Of a stretch of 18,002 nucleotides of DNA, positions 7,108 through 14,738 are shown piece after piece. The DNA is from a virus: the UHGV virus genome UHGV-0701411; one strand, given 5' to 3'. The translations under genes and the position numbers were made by a program. Numbering within the stretch: the stretch's first letter is position 1; each line of letters starts with the position of its first letter. The notes beneath the pieces are model-generated. The model did no database searches. It was given only the letters and a program-made list of their open reading frames with translations, and was not told the origin of the DNA.

Positions 7108-8574
7108 ATGGCTACGTGGCAACAGGGTATTAATTCTGGTGGTTTTCTGGCTGGCATTGGTGCGCAAAATGAGAATGCGCCAAAGGCAAGCGACATTAAC
7201 GCAACGCTTGGTATGATCCGCGAAAACAATGAACTGGCTCGATCAGGTGCAAATAACGTTGCTCTGACAGGTCTTCGTGGTCTGGCTGGAGTTGCTGATA
7301 TTTATAAGCAGCAGCAACAGCAGGAGCGTAAAGCGGCATTCCAGAAAGGTTATGCAGATGCTTATGCGTCCGGTGACAGGGAGCAGATGCGTAATCTTAT
7401 TACAGCATTCCCAGAAGAGTTTGAGGAAGTCCGTAAAGGGATGAGTTATGTCGATGATGCTCAAAGGGATGATTATGGCAATCTGGCGCTCAAAGCACAG
7501 GTAGCCTCATCGCTTGGTCAGGGCGCATTTGGCAGGTTCATGATGGATAATGAGCAGGAGATGCGTCGTTTAGGTATCCCTCCAGAAACTATTGCTGAAA
7601 TGCAGGTTAATGACCCGCAGGGCTTCCAGCATTTCGCAGGTAATCTGGCGCTGTTTTCTCTCGGTCATGAGAAGTATTTCGATATCAAAGACCAAATGGA
7701 AGGTCGGGATATTGAGCGTGGCAAGTTGGCAGAGACAATCCGCAGCAATCAGGCTGGCGAAGCACTTCAGGCGAGAGGGCAGGATATTAGCCGAGCAAAT
7801 GCGTTAACGTCAGCATATGCCCCAACAGCAGCAATGCAGAATTACAATCAGTACGCTCAAATGTTAAAGGCGGATCCAGAGGGGGCGGCGGCATTTGCGG
7901 CAGCGGCTGGAATTAATACAAACGCCAAAAAATTAATGAGTGTTAGAGAAAACGATGATGGCACTGTCACAAAATACTACACAGACGGAAGTGAAGAGCA
8001 TGGAAAACTAAACCAGCCAATATCTGGAGATGGGTTTCGTCCAATAGCTTTGCCAACAGCCCAAAAGATCATGGAAAAGTCGCCAGAAGGGGCTAAAAAA
8101 GCTGCTGGATTTGCATACAGAGTTAGGGATGCTCTTGATTCAATGGATACACTGAAAGGCCAGCTTAGCCCACAGCGAGTGGCGATCATTAATAATGCTT
8201 TGGGTAATGGGACGCTGGCTAACTTAACGCTCAGCCCAACAGAGCAGCAATACGTTGTTAATGCTAATGACGCAATAATGGCAATACTCCGTCAGGAAAC
8301 AGGGGCAGCTATCGTACCTGCTGAAATGTCAAAATATTATCAAATGTATTTCCCTCAGCCTGGCGACTCCACAAAAACCATTGATACCAAGCGCCGGAAG
8401 ATGGAAAACCAGTTCAATTCGCTGAAAGCTGCTTCTGGTCGAGCTTATGATGCTTTGCGGGTTATTTCAGCAGTTGACAGAGGGACTTCTTCTTCGTCGC
8501 AGACATTGCCGCAATCTGAGCAGGTATCACAGCCAGCAGCCAGCAGTAATTTTTCTTCACTATGGGGTGATTAA
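7108..8574 (+). CDS. Large hypothetical protein A (488 aa), Ala/Gln/Gly-rich low-complexity, family not recognised
   Basis: Long ORF with start ATG 7108 (track begins at GTG 7096). Stop overlaps the start of protein B (TAATG at 8572-8576). No catalytic motif seen. Confidence 0.8.
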   Translation: MATWQQGINSGGFLAGIGAQNENAPKASDINATLGMIRENNELARSGANNVALTGLRGLAGVADIYKQQQQQERKAAFQKGYADAYASGDREQMRNLITAFPEEFEEVRKGMSYVDDAQRDDYGNLALKAQVASSLGQGAFGRFMMDNEQEMRRLGIPPETIAEMQVNDPQGFQHFAGNLALFSLGHEKYFDIKDQMEGRDIERGKLAETIRSNQAGEALQARGQDISRANALTSAYAPTAAMQNYNQYAQMLKADPEGAAAFAAAAGINTNAKKLMSVRENDDGTVTKYYTDGSEEHGKLNQPISGDGFRPIALPTAQKIMEKSPEGAKKAAGFAYRVRDALDSMDTLKGQLSPQRVAIINNALGNGTLANLTLSPTEQQYVVNANDAIMAILRQETGAAIVPAEMSKYYQMYFPQPGDSTKTIDTKRRKMENQFNSLKAASGRAYDALRVISAVDRGTSSSSQTLPQSEQVSQPAASSNFSSLWGD

Positions 8575-10679
8575 TGGCTAAAGCATGGAAAGATGTTATC
8601 GCCTCTCCACAGTATCAGGCGTTAGCACCAGAACAAAAAGCGCAGGCTCAGGAGCAATACTTCAATGAAGTCGTGGCCCCGCAAGCCGGAGAAAGTGTAG
8701 AGCAGGCTAAGCAGGCTTTTTATGCTGCCTATCCACTACCATCAACGAATGAAATAGACCGATCCCAATCAGCAACTCAAAATATTCAACATACATCATC
8801 TGATAATTCTCTTGCGTCAGGGTATGCAAAGTTAGCTACTCAGCAAAGAGAGGGGCTTGAGCGTTCAGCAGAACAGGGAGCCAGTCTTGGGGCTGCTATG
8901 CGCGATGCTATAACAGGCGAAAGCCGAATGACTCCAGAGATGGAGAGACTGCAAAATGTCGACCTTGCCCCAGAGTTAACCTCACTCAGCATGGATGCTC
9001 TAAAAGCTCGATGGTCTCAACTTTTCGGCTCTGACGCATCTCAGGAAAAGATTCTTCAGAGCATGGGAGCGAAATTAAGGCAGGATGAGAAGGGTAACAC
9101 TATCGTTTCCCTGCCATCCGGTGATTATGCTCTGAACAAGCCGGGTTTATCGCCGCAAGACGTGGCATCGTTTCTGGCTAATGCGCTGGCGTTTACACCA
9201 GCGGGCAGGGCTGGAACGGTGCTTGGTGCCATAGGAAAATCAGCAGCTACAGATTTAGCACTACAGGGAGCCACCAGCCTTGCTGGTGGAGAAGATATTG
9301 ATCCGTTACAAACGGTAATTTCTGCTGGCATTGGTGGTATTGGTAAGGGGCTGGAAAATACAGCGAGTGCGGTTTCGAGGGCTGTTCGTGGTGATATGTC
9401 GCCTGAAGCAAAGGCTGCTGTCAACTTTGCATCGGAAAGAAATCTGCCGTTAATGACCAGTGACATGCTGAAAGATAAAACCTTTATGCAGAGTCAGGCT
9501 CAGACATTAGGCGAAAGAGTTCCTTTTTTTGGAACCGGTAAGAATCGGCTGAATCAACAACAAGCACGAGAAAATTTAGTCAGAACATTTAGCGATGGTC
9601 TGGGTGGCATTTCTGATAAACAGCTTTATGAATCTGCGACTAAAGGGCAACAAAAATTCATTGAGGCAGCAGGAAAGCGATATAACCGCATAATTGACGC
9701 TATGGGGGATACCCCTGTCGATCTCTCAAACACGGTAAAAGCTATCGACAATCAGATTGCCGTGTTAAGCCGCCCTGGCAAATCTCAGGATAGAGCCGCG
9801 GTAAAAGTCTTGCAGCAATTTAAAGACGATATCACCAGCGGACCAAATGACCTGCGTCTGGCGAGGGAAAACAGAACCGATCTTCGAAAGCGATTTATGG
9901 CGTCATCTGACACTGTTGATAAAGATACGCTCCAGAAAGCCAGCGATATTATCTACAAGGCATATACGGCGGATATGAAAAAAGCCGTAGCCAAAAATCT
10001 TGGAGCAGACGAAGCCATTAATATGGCAAGGGTTGATCGCTCATGGTCTAAATTCAATGACATGATGGGAAGAACGCGCGTTCAAAAGGCAATAGCCAGC
10101 GGCAAGGCCACGCCTGAGGATGTAACAAAACTCGTTTTTAGCCAAAGCCCATCAGAACGTTCTCAGCTTTACAGGCTTCTGGATGACAATGGTAGGCAAA
10201 ACGCACGAGCAGCCATAGTTCAGAATGCTGTAGATAAGGCGACTGATCCGTCTGGAAATATCAGTGTTGAGAAGTTTATTAATGCGTTACACCGGAACAG
10301 GAAGCAATCAGCAACTTTCTTTAAAGGCGTACATGGAAAGGAACTGGACGGCGTTATTAAATACCTCAACGATACAAGACACGCGGCAAAAGCGAACGTT
10401 CAAAACTTAAATGGTCAGCAGCTTTATGGATTGTTAGTTGGTGGTGGCATCATAAACGCAGCAGTATTAGCGGGGATGCTAAAAACGGCTGCGTTTGTTG
10501 TTCCTGCTGCTGGTGCCGTAGGCGGAGCAGCGAAGGCATACGAAAGCCCTGTTATTCGAAATGCCTTGTTACGTCTGGCAAATACGCCAAAAGGTAGCAC
10601 AGCATATGACAGAGCGATCAGTACGGTCACACAATCACTGACCACAGCAGCACAAGCATCGCAAAAGGAAGCTCAATAA
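8574..10679 (+). CDS. Large hypothetical protein B (701 aa), Ala/Gln-rich with a C-proximal Gly/Ala-rich hydrophobic segment
   Basis: ATG 8574 is translationally coupled to A. Hydrophobic stretch LYGLLVGGGIINAAVLAGMLKTAAFVVPAAGAVGGAAKAY encoded at about 10424-10546. No enzymatic motif seen. Confidence 0.85.
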   Translation: MAKAWKDVIASPQYQALAPEQKAQAQEQYFNEVVAPQAGESVEQAKQAFYAAYPLPSTNEIDRSQSATQNIQHTSSDNSLASGYAKLATQQREGLERSAEQGASLGAAMRDAITGESRMTPEMERLQNVDLAPELTSLSMDALKARWSQLFGSDASQEKILQSMGAKLRQDEKGNTIVSLPSGDYALNKPGLSPQDVASFLANALAFTPAGRAGTVLGAIGKSAATDLALQGATSLAGGEDIDPLQTVISAGIGGIGKGLENTASAVSRAVRGDMSPEAKAAVNFASERNLPLMTSDMLKDKTFMQSQAQTLGERVPFFGTGKNRLNQQQARENLVRTFSDGLGGISDKQLYESATKGQQKFIEAAGKRYNRIIDAMGDTPVDLSNTVKAIDNQIAVLSRPGKSQDRAAVKVLQQFKDDITSGPNDLRLARENRTDLRKRFMASSDTVDKDTLQKASDIIYKAYTADMKKAVAKNLGADEAINMARVDRSWSKFNDMMGRTRVQKAIASGKATPEDVTKLVFSQSPSERSQLYRLLDDNGRQNARAAIVQNAVDKATDPSGNISVEKFINALHRNRKQSATFFKGVHGKELDGVIKYLNDTRHAAKANVQNLNGQQLYGLLVGGGIINAAVLAGMLKTAAFVVPAAGAVGGAAKAYESPVIRNALLRLANTPKGSTAYDRAISTVTQSLTTAAQASQKEAQ

Positions 10680-10740
10680 CAGATGACCATGGATGGTTGG
10701 TTATAATAGTAATTAGTATTTTTTCAAATAGTTATGAACA

Positions 10741-11139
10741 TTAACACTTGCCTTTAACATTGCCGACAAATGAGCCTGTAAATGAGCCTATATCAGATCG
10801 ACTAATTGTTCGTGTATGGATCACTTTTCCGTCATTTGAGATTGCCCATGTGACAAGCGTCAGTTGACCATCTCGATAGCTTCTTCCCATCATGGCATTC
10901 GGAGATAGCGGGTAATAATCAATACCTCCACCTATACCATCTTTTGCCAAGATAAGATCCGCCTTCTCTTTACTTATTACCAAATGAAATGTATCTGGTA
11001 TAGATGATAACTTATAGTTATACCCATCTGAACTTGAGGCTTCTTGTCCTTTCAGATCACCAATAATCCAGCATTCAGCGTTCGCTCCAAAAGAAGCAAA
11101 TAATAAACCGGAGACAACCAATCGCTTCAATTGATTCAC
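10741..11139 (-). CDS. Small secreted/periplasmic protein (132 aa) with Sec signal peptide MNQLKRLVVSGLLFASFGANA
   Basis: GTG start at 11139 preceded by SD GGGAGG with a 6-nt spacer on the minus strand; hydrophobic h-region and ANA-E cleavage-like site. The gene is AT-rich (about 41% GC). The track ORF extends to 11208 but that start lacks an RBS. Confidence 0.6.
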   Translation of the reverse strand: MNQLKRLVVSGLLFASFGANAECWIIGDLKGQEASSSDGYNYKLSSIPDTFHLVISKEKADLILAKDGIGGGIDYYPLSPNAMMGRSYRDGQLTLVTWAISNDGKVIHTRTISRSDIGSFTGSFVGNVKGKC

Positions 11140-11254
11140 ACCAACCCTCCCTTTAGCGTTGTTTAGAATGGCAATCATCATATATCCAAGACATGGCATT
11201 TGGTACATAGCTTGGGTCGGGATTTCAAATCCGATCCCCGTTGATGGGGCCGTT

Positions 11255-11410
11255 ACAGTACGCGCATATCCGCTTTATGTGAAACAGGAAGATTTTTCTG
11301 ATATCACTGCCACAGCAAAACACCAATTTCGTGACCAGTACGCGCGCGAGGGGTATCAGTTGCAAAAAGTTTTGCAACTACGTCCGACCAGTACGCGCAC
11401 GATGGAGGGG
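11255..11410. repeat. Three copies of the motif (A/C)CAGTACGCGC(G/A) at 11255-11266, 11333-11353 and 11386-11410, plus a 9-bp-arm palindrome GTTGCAAAAAGTTTTGCAAC at 11359-11378
   Basis: Read directly; they lie in the 520-bp intergenic region upstream of the secreted-protein gene. Confidence 0.65.
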
Positions 11411-11618
11411 AGTACCATAAAACTGCTCTCTACATAAGTCAGAGTGGTGGTGATGTGTTGATTATCGGCGTATATGCGCACAGGACGCGCTATGACGATG
11501 TTTTATGCGGGTACACTAATCACATGTATCTGGTGTGATAAATCGCGTTACATGACCTCTCATGTTGTGCTGGTGGTTATCACGACTTTCTGAATCTGGC
11601 CTTTGCCTGATATTTTGC

Positions 11619-11644
11619 GACAAGTACGCGCGCGTAGCATCGAC
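11619..11644. repeat. GACAAGTACGCGCGCGTAGCA repeat containing the perfect 12-bp palindrome TACGCGCGCGTA (11625-11636)
   Basis: Self-complementary alternating CG core; a near-identical copy lies at 12912-12936. Confidence 0.65.
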
Positions 11645-11662
11645 AGCATACACATTGGATAT

Positions 11663-11884
11663 TCATTTTGTGACCAATGCGATAAGTAGCGGGATAAGAA
11701 TTGATAAAATCAACAGGCCGATGAGCCATTTTTGATTCTCACTGGCTTTGTCTCTATTTTCATCCATCTTATCAATAATTCGACGCTCCATTCCGTGCAT
11801 ATCACCGCGAATGGCAATCATCTCATTGCGAACATCCGAGAAGTGGTTGGCTTGATGTTCAATGTGTGGCGTTCTGCCTTTCAT
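11663..11884 (-). CDS. Small C-terminally anchored membrane protein (73 aa; charged N-terminal helix + TM segment WLIGLLILSILIPLLIALV)
   Basis: ATG 11884 with SD-like GAGGA upstream on the minus strand. The architecture resembles XhlA/holin-like tail-anchored proteins; this is inferred from the sequence, not a database hit. Confidence 0.5.
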   Translation of the reverse strand: MKGRTPHIEHQANHFSDVRNEMIAIRGDMHGMERRIIDKMDENRDKASENQKWLIGLLILSILIPLLIALVTK

Positions 11885-11963
11885 TCCTGATCCTCACCTA
11901 TCGTCACCACCTGCTGGTGTATAAAGGTATTGGCCCAAGCAGCTTTCCAATGGGCACTCATGT

Positions 11964-12419
11964 TTATACGCTGACCTTACAATCAATCACCGCTTTTAAC
12001 TTTTCAGCATTGCTTCCCTGACGCTTCCACGCGCTGTAAATATCTTTATCCCACGCTTTACCAGCTTTTGTTTGATAGCCTGCTTCATTGATCCGTTCAG
12101 CTATCACACGCCCATTATCAAATCCCTGTTGGATGGTATCGGCAATGATCTTTATAACTGCCGTTTCGTTATATGGTTTTGGTGGGATGTTCGGCTTTCC
12201 GGCAATAAGCGACGCAGCGGCTTTTTCCATGCGCTCCACCAGCCCAAGCATTCGTGAATCAATAGACTTTTCCGGCTGCCCCAGCTTCATGCGAATCGCA
12301 TCAACAAGCCAGGAGGTTTTATCTCCTCCAGAAGCGAGAACAGACCGATTAAACTCATCCTGCAATTCAGATGGGATGCGGAACGCGATCAGATTAGATT
12401 TGCTCATTGCAAAGACCAT
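11964..12419 (-). CDS. Ribbon-helix-helix (CopG/Arc-like) DNA-binding regulator with ~100-aa C-terminal extension (start 12419 or 12407)
   Basis: N-terminus SKSNLIAFRIPSELQDEFNRSVLASGGDKTSWLVDAIRMKL has the classic strand-helix-helix pattern. No SD before either ATG, so the mRNA may be leaderless. Divergent from the PerC-like gene, with palindromes in its promoter region. Confidence 0.7.
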   Translation of the reverse strand: MVFAMSKSNLIAFRIPSELQDEFNRSVLASGGDKTSWLVDAIRMKLGQPEKSIDSRMLGLVERMEKAAASLIAGKPNIPPKPYNETAVIKIIADTIQQGFDNGRVIAERINEAGYQTKAGKAWDKDIYSAWKRQGSNAEKLKAVIDCKVSV

Positions 12420-12436
12420 ATCAGTGAGTAATATCC

Positions 12437-12468
12437 ATACAGTATACCACTGTATAACACTGTTATAC
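12437..12468. promoter_or_regulatory. Two overlapping palindromes (ATACAGT-N5-ACTGTAT at 12437-12455; GTATAACA-C-TGTTATAC at 12452-12468), candidate operators
   Basis: Perfect inverted repeats immediately upstream of the RHH regulator start, inside the divergent RHH / PerC-like promoter region. Confidence 0.5.
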
Positions 12469-12571
12469 GCTCAAATATCAGCCAGAAAATAACGGACCAA
12501 TCACAAAGCTATCGCTGTGTTGTTGGTTCAGAGCTGGGCTGTGTTGGTTCAAAATAATCTGAGAGGCAGAA

Positions 12572-12853
12572 ATGATAAGGGACAGGAAAGCTGAAGAGCT
12601 GGAGTCAAAAGGGCTATACCGGAGAGCTGCCGCACGATGGATGGAAGTCATGCTGTTATGCACCGAGGACGATGATCGGGAATGGATAAAGCGCCGCCGT
12701 GAAACGTGTCTGGAGAACGTGAAGCGCCCGCCCGTGAAGGTTGAGGACTTTGGCGACCTGCATAAAGCTGTTACCGAAACGCAACACCGCATGGGGATAG
12801 CGCAACCGAACGGTAACGCCTTCCGGTTAAATGGCGGCAAGAGGCAAAGGTAG
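12572..12853 (+). CDS. PerC-family-like transcriptional regulator (93 aa, MIRDRKAEELESKGLYRRAAARWMEV...)
   Basis: SD GAGAGG 5 nt upstream of ATG 12572. The N-terminal AEELE-KGL-RRAA-RW pattern resembles PerC-type prophage activators; the family call is from memory. Confidence 0.55.
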   Translation: MIRDRKAEELESKGLYRRAAARWMEVMLLCTEDDDREWIKRRRETCLENVKRPPVKVEDFGDLHKAVTETQHRMGIAQPNGNAFRLNGGKRQR

Positions 12854-12857
12854 ACCA

Positions 12858-12902
12858 CCAGAGGGAAATCATCCTCTGGCTGGCGGTTTCTGGTATTTCG
12901 GG
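12858..12902 (+). terminator. Hairpin CCAGAGG-N8-CCTCTGG followed by a T-rich tract; possible terminator of the PerC-like gene
   Basis: 7-bp perfect stem 5 nt after the stop codon; downstream tract GGTTTCTGGTATTTCG is only moderately U-rich. Confidence 0.4.
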
Positions 12903-12911
12903 ACAAGTACG

Positions 12912-12936
12912 CGCGCGCGTAGCACCCAATCGGTGA
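12912..12936. repeat. GACAAGTACGCGCGCGCGTAGCACC repeat (14-bp palindrome TACGCGCGCGCGTA at 12918-12931)
   Basis: Fifth copy of the GTACGCGC motif family; near-identical to 11619-11644. Confidence 0.65.
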
Positions 12937-13150
12937 GGAAATAGCGGCGACCTGAATGGTCAAAATCACAACGCAGCTATCCCCGTAAGCAGCGCTTAAC
13001 GGAATAGCAGTAACCTGAATCCAGTGGGGAGGGGGTAGTCAAATCTCTACAGCCCTGACTATCCGGGACTGCCAGCCCCATCGTTTTTTTATACCCGCGA
13101 AAAATGAAATTTAATCCGGGCGTGTTTCATCCTTCCAGAGGGTATGACGT

Positions 13151-13336
13151 ATGACACCACGCGAAATAGCCTTATTGACCATCGCCAAACTTGAGCACGG
13201 AGGCCACCAGCTTACACAGGCAGATCAACGGGAGATAGAACGATCAGTTAATGCCGATATAGCCCGGCGCGACAGGTTCCGCGAAATGATGCGAGCACCT
13301 GCCTACCAGTGGAAGAAGCCAGCGCCGCGCAGGTAG
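13151..13336 (+). CDS. Hypothetical small protein (61 aa)
   Basis: SD AGAGGG 6 nt upstream of ATG 13151; basic C-terminus. Confidence 0.45.
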   Translation: MTPREIALLTIAKLEHGGHQLTQADQREIERSVNADIARRDRFREMMRAPAYQWKKPAPRR

Positions 13337-13456
13337 ATATGGGATTATTCCACATGTAACTTATGCGTATTAAGCAAATTTCCTTTATTCACCTTTACAG
13401 AATTGTGAGTACGTCAGTATCGTTATCCTTCCGATTCGCATTTATTCAGGATTTGC

Positions 13457-13999
13457 ATGTACCAGCTAAAGATAACCATCCGAGACAGCAAACCACCTAT
13501 ATGGCGGCGTGTGCTGGTTCCAGAGCAAATCCCCTTTAGTAAACTTCATGCCGTGATCCAGTTAGCTTTTGGCTGGCATGACGAACACCTGTATATGTTC
13601 GAGAAAGGGCGTAAAGGTGATCCAGGTAGCGAGTATCACGTATGGGGTGAGGATGAAAGCATGGGTAACGCGGCAATCACGCCACTATGGGCGGCGCTCC
13701 AGAATGAGGGTGACAAGCTGGTTTACACGTATGACTTTGGCGACTGGTGGGATTGCGTCATTGTGCTGGAGAAGCAAACACACGATACGAGTAATCAGCC
13801 CATTAGCTGCCTGCGTGGGAAAGGCACCACCCCGGCGGAAAACTCAGGCGGCTTGCATGGTTACAATGAATTGCTATTACAGGCCAGAGAGTCTGATAAT
13901 CCTGAGCAGGCCGAGATCCACAATTTCCTGATGCTGGATATTGAACGCCGGGTTTACGACCTGAGCCGCATCAACGACAGATTGCAGGCTATTAACTGA
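13457..13999 (+). CDS. Plasmid pRiA4b ORF-3-like (MM3350-like) family protein (180 aa)
   Basis: Hallmark motifs YQLKITIRDSKPPIWRRVLVP ... LHAVIQLAFGWHDEHLYMF ... YTYDFGDWWDCVIVLE match the conserved signature of this family as I recall it. Confidence 0.8.
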   Translation: MYQLKITIRDSKPPIWRRVLVPEQIPFSKLHAVIQLAFGWHDEHLYMFEKGRKGDPGSEYHVWGEDESMGNAAITPLWAALQNEGDKLVYTYDFGDWWDCVIVLEKQTHDTSNQPISCLRGKGTTPAENSGGLHGYNELLLQARESDNPEQAEIHNFLMLDIERRVYDLSRINDRLQAIN

Positions 14000-14351
14000 C
14001 CCGCATGTATTCACCTGATATTGCGTTATCAGCGCCGCCAGTATCGCGCATAACAGCACAATGACCGGGTAAACCGTAACGCACGACCGTTGCGTTAGTC
14101 TCACCGCCGCGCCGTATCTGGCGCGATTCATACACTGTCACCCGCTCAAGCAGTCCACCAGCAACCATGCTTTCCAGTGTGCGCCGGGTTGATTCGAGCT
14201 GGTGACGCTTATCGAACGACACCATGCCATGAAGCAGGTAGGCCACACCCGACACATCGAACGGCGGCGCACCAATCTCACCAGTCACCCATTCGAGGTT
14301 ATCCGGCTCAAAATAACTGAGTATCTCTTTTTTACGGCTGGTCATTCTCAT
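13992..14351 (-). CDS. Hypothetical protein (119 aa), possibly a winged-helix DNA-binding protein
   Basis: Convergent with the pRiA4b ORF-3-like gene (8-nt overlap); SD-like AAGGAA upstream of ATG 14351 on the minus strand. Confidence 0.55.
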   Translation of the reverse strand: MRMTSRKKEILSYFEPDNLEWVTGEIGAPPFDVSGVAYLLHGMVSFDKRHQLESTRRTLESMVAGGLLERVTVYESRQIRRGGETNATVVRYGLPGHCAVMRDTGGADNAISGEYMRVS

Positions 14352-14471
14352 GGCTGGCTGATTCCTTATTGTGGGATAGCGGTATCATACAATAAGGCGC
14401 AAAAGATAAGAGGCCAGAACAGCAAGCACAAGAGCATAAAATGAGCAACCAAAGGCAGCACCTCAAAATAC

Positions 14472-14738
14472 CGTGTACACAAGGGTGTACCTACTGAGAA
14501 AACGCATTACAAGAAACACAGCAACCACGGGAGTTTAAAGCCACTACTCAATAAACAGATCCAGAATATCGAATAAGCTATCAGCAAAAATCACCAAGCA
14601 GCAAAAAACCATAAAGCCCGCGAAATGTCGGGCTTTTTTGTTATCATGAGCTATCATAACGACGCAACAAAGCGCATGATTATGGTGTACACAAAGGTGT
14701 ACCCAATGAGGTTTGGGTACATTGCTTTGGGTACACCC
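14472..14738. repeat. Repeat family GTGTACACAA(A/G)GGTGTACC (14472-14492, 14684-14704) and GGGTACATTGCTTTGGGTACACCC (14715-14738) upstream of the integrase; candidate Int arm-type (attL) sites
   Basis: Near-identical 20-mers about 210 bp apart, directly 5' of the integrase start; related copies at 6555-6575, 11192-11207 and 11505-11515. Confidence 0.55.
14613..14640 (+). terminator. Rho-independent terminator (AAAGCCCG-loop-CGGGCTTT then TTTTTTG)
   Basis: Perfect 8-bp stem with 8-nt loop and a T-run; A-run on the 5' side makes it potentially bidirectional. Sits between the att-like repeats and the integrase start. Confidence 0.7.

Noticed and set aside
7243-10645. Minus-strand and alternate-frame ORFs within proteins A and B (7243..7464, 7592..7807, 7977..8189, 9125..9466, 10424..10645)
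   Set aside because: Embedded in long, coupled forward ORFs; no independent start signals.
8574-10679. Calling protein B a pore-forming colicin
   Set aside because: Only a single Gly/Ala-rich hydrophobic stretch and a possible SOS box support it; there is no recognisable translocation/receptor domain pattern, no membrane-type immunity gene and no lysis lipoprotein gene, so it is kept as a hypothesis only.
11216-11250. tRNA 3' fragment (T-arm-like GGGATTTCAAATCC and CCCCGTTGATGGGG hairpins) as an att core
   Set aside because: Stem/loop lengths do not fit a canonical T-arm (3-nt loop, no TTCRANY loop), and no acceptor-CCA context; treated as simple palindromes.
11159-11437. 92-aa + strand ORF
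   Set aside because: Lies entirely within the repeat-rich intergenic region and overlaps the preferred start of the minus-strand secreted-protein gene; no RBS.
12437-12468. Possible LexA boxes in the RHH promoter palindromes
   Set aside because: The half-sites are arranged ACAGT..ACTGT or GTATAACA..TGTTATAC, not CTGT-N8-ACAG; more likely operators for the adjacent RHH protein.
12088-12492. 134-aa + strand ORF, with similar antisense ORFs at 12072..12257 and 12478..12969
   Set aside because: Antisense to the better-supported RHH regulator and PerC-like genes; no RBS; composition typical of out-of-frame or antisense translation.
13569-13931. 120-aa + strand ORF inside the pRiA4b ORF-3-like gene
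   Set aside because: Alternative frame of a gene whose own frame carries a recognisable conserved family signature.
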